From positions 1-64,000 of IMG/VR virus record IMGVR_UViG_3300038499_000016: DNA of 64,000 nt, one strand, 5' to 3'. The notes beneath the pieces are model-generated. The model was not told the DNA's origin. It worked only from the letters and a program-made list of their open reading frames with translations, and searched no databases. This stretch comes from a virus (Duplodnaviria > Caudoviricetes). The position numbers and the translations under genes were made by a program. This document shows, piece by piece, positions 49,668 through 59,016 of this stretch; the first letter of the stretch is position 1, and each line of letters begins with the position of its first letter.

Positions 49668-50954
49668 ATGACAATGCACAAAGATCTACTAAATCCCACT
49701 TACGTAGCCTGGAAAGCCTTCCTGAAGGATACTGATACCTGGTCCTTAGAACAGATCCAAACCTATCAACTCTCAGAACTCCAAAGAATCATTGCCCACG
49801 CCTATACCCACACTACAGGATACCGAAACCTCTACAACACCCCTCCAGATATCAAATCCCTAGAAGACCTCCAATCCTTACCCACCATAGATAAAGAAAC
49901 CCTCAGAGACAATCTTGAAGCATTCTCAATCGATATGCCCAATAGGTCCTACGTCACCACCGGTGGCAGTACAGGCATTCCTCTAGGCCTATACCGAGAC
50001 TCAGAAGCCTTTCCCAAAGAACTAGCATCAAAAGCCCACCAATATCACCGCATAGGATGGAAGGAAGAAGATCCTCAACTAGTCTTCCGCGGACTACCAA
50101 TAGATACACCAGACCACACGACCTTTGTCCCAGAGTTCAATGAGCTACGATGCTCATCTTACCACCTCACCCCGGAATGGATGGAAGTCTTCAGGAAAAA
50201 AGCCTGGGAATACAAACCCAAATGGATCCGATGCTACCCATCCAGTGGTTATCTCTTCGCCCGATGGCTTGAAGATTCCGACAGACCCTTCCCCAAAATA
50301 GAAGGCATCCTATGTGCCTCTGAGAACCTCTACGACTTCCAAAGGGACCTTCTAAGACGGGTATTCAATGCCAGGGTGTTCTCGCACTACGGACACTATG
50401 AACTGGCCGTACTGGCAGGCTTCTGCGAGCATACAGACTTCTATCACGTTCTCCCACAGTATGGCTACGCGGAACTCCTATATCCCGACGGAAAACCGGT
50501 CACAGAACCCGGACAAATGGGTGAAATCGTAGGCACGTCCTTTATCACGTATGCCACACCCATCATCCGATATCATACCCGGGATTACGCCATATTGAAA
50601 GACTGGTCCTGTCCGGACTGCGGTAGACCTTATCAGATATGGAAAAGGGTAGAAGGAAGACTTCAGGAGTTTATAATAACGGGTACCGGCCGATACATCT
50701 CAATGACCGCAATAAACTTTCACGATGATATCTTCGATCAAGTCTTCCAGTTCCAGTTTCATCAGAATGCCCAAGGTATCGTAACCTTCCGATACATCCC
50801 CAGGGAAGGATTCAACGAAGCAGATATACGACAAAGATTAATGGTCAAACTCGGATCAGATACCCAACTTTTCTTCCAACCGGTAACGGAAATACCTCCT
50901 ACCAGTCGTGGAAAACACAGATTCCTCATTCAGGAGTTATCCATTGGCCTATAA
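49668..50954 (+). CDS. phenylacetate-CoA ligase-like (CapK-like) adenylating enzyme
   Basis: TTGGSTG P-loop, YGHYE, PIIRYHTRD, EGR; start moved downstream of the promoter motif. Confidence 0.88.
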   Translation: MTMHKDLLNPTYVAWKAFLKDTDTWSLEQIQTYQLSELQRIIAHAYTHTTGYRNLYNTPPDIKSLEDLQSLPTIDKETLRDNLEAFSIDMPNRSYVTTGGSTGIPLGLYRDSEAFPKELASKAHQYHRIGWKEEDPQLVFRGLPIDTPDHTTFVPEFNELRCSSYHLTPEWMEVFRKKAWEYKPKWIRCYPSSGYLFARWLEDSDRPFPKIEGILCASENLYDFQRDLLRRVFNARVFSHYGHYELAVLAGFCEHTDFYHVLPQYGYAELLYPDGKPVTEPGQMGEIVGTSFITYATPIIRYHTRDYAILKDWSCPDCGRPYQIWKRVEGRLQEFIITGTGRYISMTAINFHDDIFDQVFQFQFHQNAQGIVTFRYIPREGFNEADIRQRLMVKLGSDTQLFFQPVTEIPPTSRGKHRFLIQELSIGL

Positions 50955-52353
50955 AGTTGCCGTCTGTTCCAAAATCCAGGACTACCCGACAGGTCTCTTT
51001 GACCCTGCCGAGACCTATCCAGAGTACCCCTTCATGTCCCTATCCATGAGTAATGAGGTCTACAAAGCCGTACGAGACCTTTTCCATCTCCTAAATCTAG
51101 ACGATGAGAACTGGAACACACCTAAATGGAATCCTCTTGGATATCTAATCAAGCCTGGAATGACCGTTGTCATAAAGCCCAATTTCGTTCTCAGTCAGCA
51201 TAATAATGGCGGTAATCTATTCTCAATAATCACCCACCCATCAGTCATCAGAGCGATAACAGACTACTGCTACATAGCCATGAAGGGGGCAGGCCGGGTG
51301 ATTGTAGCGGATGCCCCACAATACGACTGTCATTGGGAACAACTTATATGGGCCACCGATCTTAAAACCGTTCAAAAATTCTACAACAGTAAGACATTCA
51401 CCTTCGAGATTCAGGATCTACGTTCCTATTGGTCGAGAAAGAAACATTTCGAGTCCATGCTCGAGCCCTTGCCAGGAGACCCTCTAGGCTCCTTACCAAT
51501 AAACATAAAAACCAACAGCATGATCTGGATCAACGAAGATCTCTACGGAGCCTGCTACAACCGCAAAGAGCTCCTACGCTACCATCACGACAACACCCAT
51601 AAATACGTCGTATCAAAAACCATTATGAATGCCGACGTAGTGATTTCAGTACCAAAACTGAAAGTACACAAAAAGGTCGGCGTAACTCTGAACATCAAAG
51701 GACTAGTAGGCACCGTCACAAACAAAAACTGTCTTGCTCACTACACCCTGAAATCCGCCCTAAGAATGGGTGATCAATATCCGGACGGATTATTAACCTG
51801 CACAGAACGCTTCCTCATAGGTCTAGAACGATGGATGTACGACCACCTATTGTGCAGAGGCTTCTTCCTGGAACACCTGCACCACAGTATCTATTGGCTG
51901 CACAATCACACCACAAAACTACTCGGTCTGAAAGTAGATCCCCTGAAAAGACTTCTGGATGCCGGCAACTGGTATGGGAATGACACGGCCTGGAGAATGG
52001 CTGATGACCTCTACAAGATTTTCATGTTTGTAGACCGTCATGGACAGCTACAAGAAAAACCACAAAGAAAAGTTTTCACCATCATCGACGGCGTGATAGG
52101 AGGGGAAAATAACGGTCCCCTTACCCCCACACCGGTGAAAGCAGGAGTCCTCATAGCCAGCGACAACTTACTTACCGCGGACCTGGTAGCCACACAGCTC
52201 ATGGGTTTTGACCCTATGAGACTTCGTATGTACTCAAATCTCATGACCGGAGAATACGGTCCCCATACGCTTGAAGACATTCAGGTTTTGTCCAATGAAC
52301 CGATCGTCTGTCCAACATTCAAACCACATCCCGGATGGATAGGGCACATATGA
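50908..52353 (+). CDS. DUF362 family protein
   Basis: VVIKPN, THPSVI, PKLKVHKKVGVT..IK, IIDG..G...GP; exact start uncertain. Confidence 0.85.
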   Translation: MENTDSSFRSYPLAYKVAVCSKIQDYPTGLFDPAETYPEYPFMSLSMSNEVYKAVRDLFHLLNLDDENWNTPKWNPLGYLIKPGMTVVIKPNFVLSQHNNGGNLFSIITHPSVIRAITDYCYIAMKGAGRVIVADAPQYDCHWEQLIWATDLKTVQKFYNSKTFTFEIQDLRSYWSRKKHFESMLEPLPGDPLGSLPINIKTNSMIWINEDLYGACYNRKELLRYHHDNTHKYVVSKTIMNADVVISVPKLKVHKKVGVTLNIKGLVGTVTNKNCLAHYTLKSALRMGDQYPDGLLTCTERFLIGLERWMYDHLLCRGFFLEHLHHSIYWLHNHTTKLLGLKVDPLKRLLDAGNWYGNDTAWRMADDLYKIFMFVDRHGQLQEKPQRKVFTIIDGVIGGENNGPLTPTPVKAGVLIASDNLLTADLVATQLMGFDPMRLRMYSNLMTGEYGPHTLEDIQVLSNEPIVCPTFKPHPGWIGHI

Positions 52354-53663
52354 CATCAATATCTGTTATAGGACTTGGTAAGTTAGGACTCTGCCTGGCA
52401 GTTTGTTATGCGGAACGGGGATTCAAGGTCATTGGAGTAGACATCAATGATGAAGTCATAGACAAGGTGAATGCCGGCAAAGCCCCTTGGTTCGAACCTC
52501 GTCTTGCTGAGCTCTTGGCAAAACACGGTGGAACCAACCTTCAAGCCACTAATCAGCACTATAGAGCCATCAACGAGACAGACATCACCATCATTCTGAC
52601 GGCTACTCCAAGTAATCCTGATGGCAGCTTCTCAAATTGTTACATAGAGGATGCTCTGAAAGCTTTAGCCGAGTCTTTCAAGGACAAAAAGGCATACCAC
52701 CTGTTCGTGATATCCTCCACGGTTATGCCAGGATCTATTGGAGGATTCATCGATATCCTAGAAAAACATTCTGGTAAAGCCTATAACGAGCAATTCGGGG
52801 TAGCATATGACCCTGATTTCGTGGCACTGGGTAATGTCATCAAGGGCTTTCTGGAACCCGACCTGGTAGTCATTGGTCAGTCCCGTCCTGAAGTAGGAGA
52901 CAGGATAGAGGCCCTGCACCACGAGCTCTGCATCAACAAGCCGGCCATCAACAGGATGTCTCTTATCTCTGCGGAGATGGCCAAGGTCTGCCTGAATGCT
53001 TACATAACCATGAAGATTTCTTTCGCAAACACCATTGGGAATCTTTGTGAGAAGATACCCAATACGGATCCCGATGCCATCACAAGAGCTATAGGAGCGG
53101 ACAGACGTATTTCTCCGTACTACCTGCAGAGTGGATTAAGTTTTGGTGGTACGTGTTTTGGAAGAGATGTTAAAGCTTTTACGGCATTGACTCAGAAATA
53201 CGATGTTGATACCGGGGCCGTACTGATGAAGACGGTGAACGCCATCAATCGTTATCAGGACAAACGCCTGGCGGAAATTGTAGAAGGTCTAGCAGGAAAG
53301 AAGTCGACTGTAGGGATATTGGGTCTTTCATTCACGGACAACACCCCGGTCATTGTTGAGTCCCCGGCCGTTAAACTTATCAAAATCCTTCTCGATAGCG
53401 AGATCTCGGTTACGGTTTACGACCCTCTAGCTATGGACAATACCCGGGCCCTGTTTGAGAACTCGGTCATATATGCCCGGTCCATGCAGGAGTGTCTGTC
53501 CGCGGATGTATGTGTTGTCACTCTGAGGTCTCAAAAATACAAAGAGGCCGTAGAGACTTTTATTCCCAAGAAGTCATTGACCGTGGTGGATTGCTGGAGG
53601 ATTCTGAATCCTGCTGTGCTGCGGGACAATAAAATCAGGCTGATTCGACTGTGGGCCTCTTGA
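52350..53663 (+). CDS. UDP-glucose/GDP-mannose 6-dehydrogenase family
   Basis: IGLGKLG, AEMAK...N...KISFAN, GGTCF.RD, ESP. Confidence 0.92.
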   Translation: MTSISVIGLGKLGLCLAVCYAERGFKVIGVDINDEVIDKVNAGKAPWFEPRLAELLAKHGGTNLQATNQHYRAINETDITIILTATPSNPDGSFSNCYIEDALKALAESFKDKKAYHLFVISSTVMPGSIGGFIDILEKHSGKAYNEQFGVAYDPDFVALGNVIKGFLEPDLVVIGQSRPEVGDRIEALHHELCINKPAINRMSLISAEMAKVCLNAYITMKISFANTIGNLCEKIPNTDPDAITRAIGADRRISPYYLQSGLSFGGTCFGRDVKAFTALTQKYDVDTGAVLMKTVNAINRYQDKRLAEIVEGLAGKKSTVGILGLSFTDNTPVIVESPAVKLIKILLDSEISVTVYDPLAMDNTRALFENSVIYARSMQECLSADVCVVTLRSQKYKEAVETFIPKKSLTVVDCWRILNPAVLRDNKIRLIRLWAS

Positions 53664-53916
53664 GGATCGCGTATCTGCTAAGCCCAGGCTGTCGGATTTC
53701 TCGGAATGCGTCCAGAAAATCCGACAGGTCTTTTAAGCATTTGAATGTAATCATTTGATGGACATCGGAAAACTTTAAAGAAACAGAATATTTTGGCTCG
53801 AGCTCAGTGACGAGACTTTTAATAATGTGATCAAGATCAATCTTAAGGAATTTCCTAAGAATATATTCTTGATCTTCTGCGCGCAATCCCTCTAAGACAT
53901 CACAATACTTGTTCAC
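53635..53916 (-). CDS. hypothetical protein
   Basis: GTGA-coupled start at 53916. Confidence 0.55.
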   Translation of the reverse strand: MNKYCDVLEGLRAEDQEYILRKFLKIDLDHIIKSLVTELEPKYSVSLKFSDVHQMITFKCLKDLSDFLDAFREIRQPGLSRYAILKRPTVESA

Positions 53917-54101
53917 TTTTCTTTCTTCCGAGCAAACTGTTCCAGAACTTTTTTGATTTTCTTGATGTTCCAAAAACGAGGGGACCGCTTAAAATCACAG
54001 GCGCACCACTTACCTTCTACCGTTAGCTTACACGCAGTGCATTTTGTAGCCTTGCAGAACTCTACCAACAATTCAAAATCACTTTTTTTCTTGTTCACCA
54101 C
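53913..54101 (-). CDS. small Cys-rich protein
   Basis: C..KCTAC...CAC...P..W; coupled to neighbours. Confidence 0.6.
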   Translation of the reverse strand: MVNKKKSDFELLVEFCKATKCTACKLTVEGKWCACDFKRSPRFWNIKKIKKVLEQFARKKEK

Positions 54102-54342
54102 TTTTTATATTCCATCGAATTAAGTTATCGATTTCTTGTTTCAGGTCAGACCGACGGTAATCCTCTTTAACAGGATCACCTAAAAAAATGTAAACATCAC
54201 ATAGAGTTGTCACAAGATTTCTGTTACGTTCCTCTGATTCCAGATACATTTTAATATATCGCTGTCTGTCAACATACCATAAAACACAATAAAGACTCCC
54301 AAGTACTAATCCTGCCAATGTCCATAATACTACATCAGACAT
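54079..54342 (-). CDS. small membrane protein
   Basis: N-terminal hydrophobic helix; GGAG RBS. Confidence 0.65.
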   Translation of the reverse strand: MSDVVLWTLAGLVLGSLYCVLWYVDRQRYIKMYLESEERNRNLVTTLCDVYIFLGDPVKEDYRRSDLKQEIDNLIRWNIKSGEQEKK

Positions 54343-57196
54343 GGAACAACTCCTCTTTCCAACGCCGAGCTACATCTGCCCAGCTATACTTCTCAGTATT
54401 CTTGAATCCTCTCTCAGACCACTCTCTCCAGTAGTACTGATCAGTCATCAGTTTAATGGCCTGATCTAAAAATTGCTCCCGACCTTCTTTCGAATAAGGC
54501 CAGTAAGCTTCACCATTCCCAAGAAGGATACCACTATCCCCTATAGTAGTGATCGTTCCCGCGTACTTATTGGCAAGAACAGGCACCCCAGACCTCTGAC
54601 ACTCAATTCCGGTTATCCCGAACGTCTCTGAAAAAGCAGATGCATATAGCCATAAAGAAGCCTTTTTAGTCTCTATGGCCAAATCCTTCTGCCCTACCCG
54701 ACCGTGATAATATACGCCCTCCTGACACATCGCCTGCTCAAGTTCATCAATCTTCTTGAGCCCCTCCTTATCCCCTTTCTGCTCACAAGACTTCCTATAA
54801 TTCAGAGTGCCATAAAAAATGTGCAGCTCTAAATCAGGAACCGCCTTCTTTATAAACGGAAAGAGATACAAAACATTATCCAAACCCCTATCCAGAGAAG
54901 ACGACCAGTGCAATCTGTGTGGATGCCGTTCAACCTGTATCGAATCAAACTTTTCAAAACAGATCCCATTCGATGTCAGAGCCCACTTATCCTCAGGAAT
55001 CTTATGGTAGTCTTTCACAAAATCCCAATGCCACTTACTCAAAACACAGAACTTGTCCACCTTATCGAGAAAAAGCTGGGTCTTCTCTGAAAGCAGCCAC
55101 ACATCATGGATCATCACAAAGACTTTACCCGCCCTTATAGGGAACCGCAAAGTATCCGTAGTTCTGGACGATATGAAATAATCTATCCAGTGCTGTTCTA
55201 TGTATTGAGGATACTCGGTATAATGGAGATAGGGTATGTCCCCATCACTCAATCCTCGTTGTGGGCAATCAGCAAAAACCGTGACCCTATAGTCCAACTT
55301 CTGAAGTTCCCTGGCAAGCATCACCGCCCATGTCTCAGATCCTCCTATACCTCCCTCATCAACATTCCTGAAATCCCACGGCTGCCACATAGGCCCTGTG
55401 TAAATGACAACACTCTTCCTACCCCACAATGCATTGAGATGCTCATTAGTCTTCTTGTCTGCAGCATGATAGGATCCAGGGTCCTCAGCCTCAAGCAATT
55501 TTCTTGATACGGCACCCTGATGAAAGACGAATGACCTGTATGTCTGAAGGACCTTATACCCCTGCTGACGTATCCTCCGACATAGGTCTACATCTTCTCC
55601 ACTGTTCGTGAATTCCTCATTCAGAAGCCCTGCCTTATCTAAAGCCTCCCTCCGAATAAGAGTGCAATAGAACGCTACCCATTCCAAATCCTTTTCATTG
55701 GTATAAGGAGACTGATAAGCATATATCTGAGGTATGATAGGAATAATCTGCTCAAAAGTATTCACCCCAGGAAGTAACTCTACTCCACCGATATTGAAAG
55801 ACAGATTATGGGTCCATCCACGATCGCAATTAGAAAGAGGTCCTACAACCCCAACCTTGCCCTTACAGGCATCCACCATATGTCTCAACCAACCCTTACT
55901 AACAATCACATCATCATTCAGGATCATCACGTAAGGATTCTTACCCGCCTTAATACCTGCATTCACAGCCTGAGCAAAATTGCACCGATCCCGCTTTATG
56001 TATGTGATATCCCCCTGTTCCGAGAGATACTTATGTAACTCTTCATCGAGTCCATTGTTCACCACAATAGTCCGATACATCACATCAGTACAAGCCCTGA
56101 TGCTATCAAGACACAGCTTCAGACCCCGTAGATTTTTGTAGGTCGGTATGACTATGTCGACCTTCTTGGTATCCTGAAACGCGGATAGCCACTTAGATCC
56201 GATAGCCTCTAAAGAATAGCCCTTAGCAGCTATCAAAGCCCTCTGACCGAGTTCTCTTCGGATCTCTAGATCCTTAAGACTCTCCAGATGCTGTTTCCAT
56301 TCATCCTGGTCAGTAGCTATGAGGCAGCATCCTGGATGCTTCTCTAAGACTTGTAGATAGGCATACAGAGGTGAACAGATGACAGGTTTCCCTAATGATA
56401 GGGCTTGGGTCAAACGGTTATTGGACTTGGCGGGCTGGGTCTGATAGTTTGCCGGAACGATGATGATGTCAGCCCTCTTTAGATGCCCAAGCCAGGTATT
56501 ACGGTCCCACTTGATATCAGCGTTGTCCCACTCATGGATCGTAGTCAGAGTCATACCAAGTTCAGTAATCATAGGGCGGAGTTCTTCAGCCGAAACCGAG
56601 TTACCCCCGTAGCCTATCCAGTAGACTTTCAGAGGTCCCGCCTTCTCATAGGCAACTAACCATGAATGAGGGTTTTCCACTATAGTTACCCCAGGAAGGA
56701 CTTCTTCAAATTCTTTCCTGCCTATGTATCTAAGATGGAGCTCATTATCATCCGGTTTTGCCGGCGTAGTCGCCAATAGAGTTCCGCCTGGTTTAAGGAC
56801 ACGTAGGATCTCTTTAAGGGCCTTATCCAGATCAAGCACATGTTCTAAGATCTCACCAGCTATGACCACATCAAATAAGGCGTCTTCAAACTCAGTATCT
56901 TCTATGGGACGAACAAAGCACTCGGCCTTAGGAGCGTTCTTCTTCGTGTTCTCAACGAAGAAGGTAGCGATATCTATGGCTGTGACGTGGCATCCGACCT
57001 GTTCGGTCAGATACTTAGCTAGACCTCCGTTAGAGCACCCACAATCGAGGACTTTGTCTGTAGGCCTGATGTACTTGAGGTAGAACTCGGTACGATGCCA
57101 GTGAGGCCCTTCAGGACCAAACTTATCCAGATAAGGATAAGCAGGGGCATGGTCCTCGTGCCATTGTCGGTACTCTTCAAAAGTTTTTGGAGCCAT
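54335..57196 (-). CDS. multidomain enzyme: methyltransferase + C-terminal half of a GT-B + GT2 + GT4-like GT-B
   Basis: LDCGC..GEILEH; VYWIG..KSNNR..GKPVICSP; IVIPT..LNDD..GEDVD; GGSET..SSLDRGL..ETFGI..E. Confidence 0.88.
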   Translation of the reverse strand: MAPKTFEEYRQWHEDHAPAYPYLDKFGPEGPHWHRTEFYLKYIRPTDKVLDCGCSNGGLAKYLTEQVGCHVTAIDIATFFVENTKKNAPKAECFVRPIEDTEFEDALFDVVIAGEILEHVLDLDKALKEILRVLKPGGTLLATTPAKPDDNELHLRYIGRKEFEEVLPGVTIVENPHSWLVAYEKAGPLKVYWIGYGGNSVSAEELRPMITELGMTLTTIHEWDNADIKWDRNTWLGHLKRADIIIVPANYQTQPAKSNNRLTQALSLGKPVICSPLYAYLQVLEKHPGCCLIATDQDEWKQHLESLKDLEIRRELGQRALIAAKGYSLEAIGSKWLSAFQDTKKVDIVIPTYKNLRGLKLCLDSIRACTDVMYRTIVVNNGLDEELHKYLSEQGDITYIKRDRCNFAQAVNAGIKAGKNPYVMILNDDVIVSKGWLRHMVDACKGKVGVVGPLSNCDRGWTHNLSFNIGGVELLPGVNTFEQIIPIIPQIYAYQSPYTNEKDLEWVAFYCTLIRREALDKAGLLNEEFTNSGEDVDLCRRIRQQGYKVLQTYRSFVFHQGAVSRKLLEAEDPGSYHAADKKTNEHLNALWGRKSVVIYTGPMWQPWDFRNVDEGGIGGSETWAVMLARELQKLDYRVTVFADCPQRGLSDGDIPYLHYTEYPQYIEQHWIDYFISSRTTDTLRFPIRAGKVFVMIHDVWLLSEKTQLFLDKVDKFCVLSKWHWDFVKDYHKIPEDKWALTSNGICFEKFDSIQVERHPHRLHWSSSLDRGLDNVLYLFPFIKKAVPDLELHIFYGTLNYRKSCEQKGDKEGLKKIDELEQAMCQEGVYYHGRVGQKDLAIETKKASLWLYASAFSETFGITGIECQRSGVPVLANKYAGTITTIGDSGILLGNGEAYWPYSKEGREQFLDQAIKLMTDQYYWREWSERGFKNTEKYSWADVARRWKEELFHV

Positions 57197-57203
57197 TACA
57201 AGG

Positions 57204-57240
57204 TTCGGAAGCCCTATTTCTAAGGCCTCCGAAATCTCCT
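57204..57240 (-). promoter_or_regulatory. SD sequence separated from the start codon by a 30 nt hairpin
   Basis: aggag-at-[ttcggaggcc ttagaaatag ggcttccgaa]-ccttgta-ATG. Confidence 0.5.
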
Positions 57241-57241
57241 C

Positions 57242-58087
57242 TTAATTGATGATTTCCAGATCCTCAAAACCAAAGGCTGAGAGTTTATTGAGGTCCAGTT
57301 TATAGATTCTGAGAGGCTCGATATTACGTCTGATGAGGCCCAGCCTCCGAGATTCTTCTTCAAGATTCTTGATGGTCTGCTTCAGTGTATCAAGCTTTTT
57401 CACGTATTTCTGCAGCAGACTTCTCAGAGTACCTATCCGAGCTATCGCGGCATCTTCTTTTGTGCTATCAAGAGTATCCTCTATATCAAGAATAGCATCA
57501 GGAGAAGAAGTCCCAAGTCCAATACTTCCCGAAACTCCACAAGGGTCTGTTGTGCCACACAAACCTTGGATCCCTGTTGTACCTTGAAAACTGTTCATCG
57601 TGTAGCACGCAGAGGCTCCTACAATACCTTGAACTATTGACTCTTCCTTTTTCATGAACTCATCAAGTTCATCAAAACACGGCTTAAAGGCATCAAAGCC
57701 TTCCTCGAAACTAACGGCATGACCTCCTAGTTTTTGTGTCGTTACTTTATTGAAATCAAAAACAACATCACCACATTTTTTGACTATCTCATCTATCTGT
57801 CTTTGGAAAGGCTTGAGAAGGGTTTCCTTCTCATCATGACGCTCCACATAGAACAAATCCATTTCTCGAAGAATTTGTCTCTTCTTCTCAATGAACTCCT
57901 CTATCTTCGTCGCTATGCCTCTGTATTCCAGGACCTTCTGGATGATCGACTTTACCCGAGCATCAATGGCCTGCTGTACTTCAGAGCCTTTCTTCTCAAA
58001 CAGGATACCGATAATAGTGCCCTCAATGCCCGAAGCTGTGCAGAGAGGATCGTCAGCACTGATTCGCAACTGAGATCTGTAATCCAT
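57242..58087 (-). CDS. hypothetical coiled-coil protein
   Basis: 281 aa, AAGGAG RBS, short Gly-x-y stretch. Confidence 0.7.
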   Translation of the reverse strand: MDYRSQLRISADDPLCTASGIEGTIIGILFEKKGSEVQQAIDARVKSIIQKVLEYRGIATKIEEFIEKKRQILREMDLFYVERHDEKETLLKPFQRQIDEIVKKCGDVVFDFNKVTTQKLGGHAVSFEEGFDAFKPCFDELDEFMKKEESIVQGIVGASACYTMNSFQGTTGIQGLCGTTDPCGVSGSIGLGTSSPDAILDIEDTLDSTKEDAAIARIGTLRSLLQKYVKKLDTLKQTIKNLEEESRRLGLIRRNIEPLRIYKLDLNKLSAFGFEDLEIIN

Positions 58088-58163
58088 CTGGTACTCCTTC
58101 TGATGGGTATTCGTACTTATTTTGCGAATCGTGCCTTATGTAGGTCTATCGACTCTGTCTTCG

Positions 58164-58358
58164 TCAATCTATCAACAATTTTTCAAATGTCTTAGCAACA
58201 GGCTTTAGAAGTTTTGTGAGCACTTTTGTATTCACTTCTTTTATAGATAGCATACCCAAAACAGCATTAACACTAGCTCTGCTATCACAAATCTCTTCCT
58301 GCTGTTTCTTAGTCAGCTTCTTCCACACGTGCCAACCGAGATATTCTTTAGGGAGCAT
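58164..58358 (-). CDS. hypothetical protein
   Basis: 64 aa, GGAG RBS. Confidence 0.6.
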   Translation of the reverse strand: MLPKEYLGWHVWKKLTKKQQEEICDSRASVNAVLGMLSIKEVNTKVLTKLLKPVAKTFEKLLID

Positions 58359-58387
58359 ATTATTTTTCTCCCGGAATTAAGACGACT

Positions 58388-58795
58388 TTAACACCGTTTT
58401 TCAAGCAACCAAGCAAGATACCGTAACCATTCCGGAATGCACTTAGTTACATAATAGGAGTTCGGCGTACTGTCTACTAAGCGCATTTTAGATATGATAT
58501 ATTCTAAACACTGAGATATTGTCACTCCACTACTCAACAATTCTTTCATCTCCTTCGCATTTTTCTCGCTGTAGTAATCCTCACTAGGACCTATACCAGT
58601 ACTTCCAGATACAAGAGGCGGTATTTCCAAACACTTAGCATTTCCAACTCCTTGAATACCTCGAACTGCTTGAATATTATGCAGAGCCTCATGTACTTCT
58701 ATTATTCGTTCCAATTCCCCAAAGCCAGCCGTACAGGTTTGAGCTACAGGATTTTGCGCTACACCTGCTTTTTCCATCGTGGGGTCTGAACTCAT
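58388..58795 (-). CDS. hypothetical protein
   Basis: ATG 58795 with AAGGAG RBS in ATGA overlap. Confidence 0.6.
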   Translation of the reverse strand: MSSDPTMEKAGVAQNPVAQTCTAGFGELERIIEVHEALHNIQAVRGIQGVGNAKCLEIPPLVSGSTGIGPSEDYYSEKNAKEMKELLSSGVTISQCLEYIISKMRLVDSTPNSYYVTKCIPEWLRYLAWLLEKRC

Positions 58796-59016
58796 ACAAA
58801 CTCCTTCTGAATGTTTATTGGGTCCGTCTTCGGGAAATGATAAGTCCATCCATGTCCTCTAGGACATACGAGATCATAATAGACCCCATGCCAGCCGTAC
58901 AGTATCTTCGATTTGGGAAACCCACACACATGGCAAGGACCGTACTCCTCAATAGGAGCAACATTCAATTCCTGATAGGGATTATGATTCCCAGGCGTCT
59001 TCGATGACTTCAACAT
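58792..59016 (-). CDS. small zinc-ribbon protein
   Basis: CHVC...CPRGH; start uncertain. Confidence 0.55.
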   Translation of the reverse strand: MLKSSKTPGNHNPYQELNVAPIEEYGPCHVCGFPKSKILYGWHGVYYDLVCPRGHGWTYHFPKTDPINIQKEFV

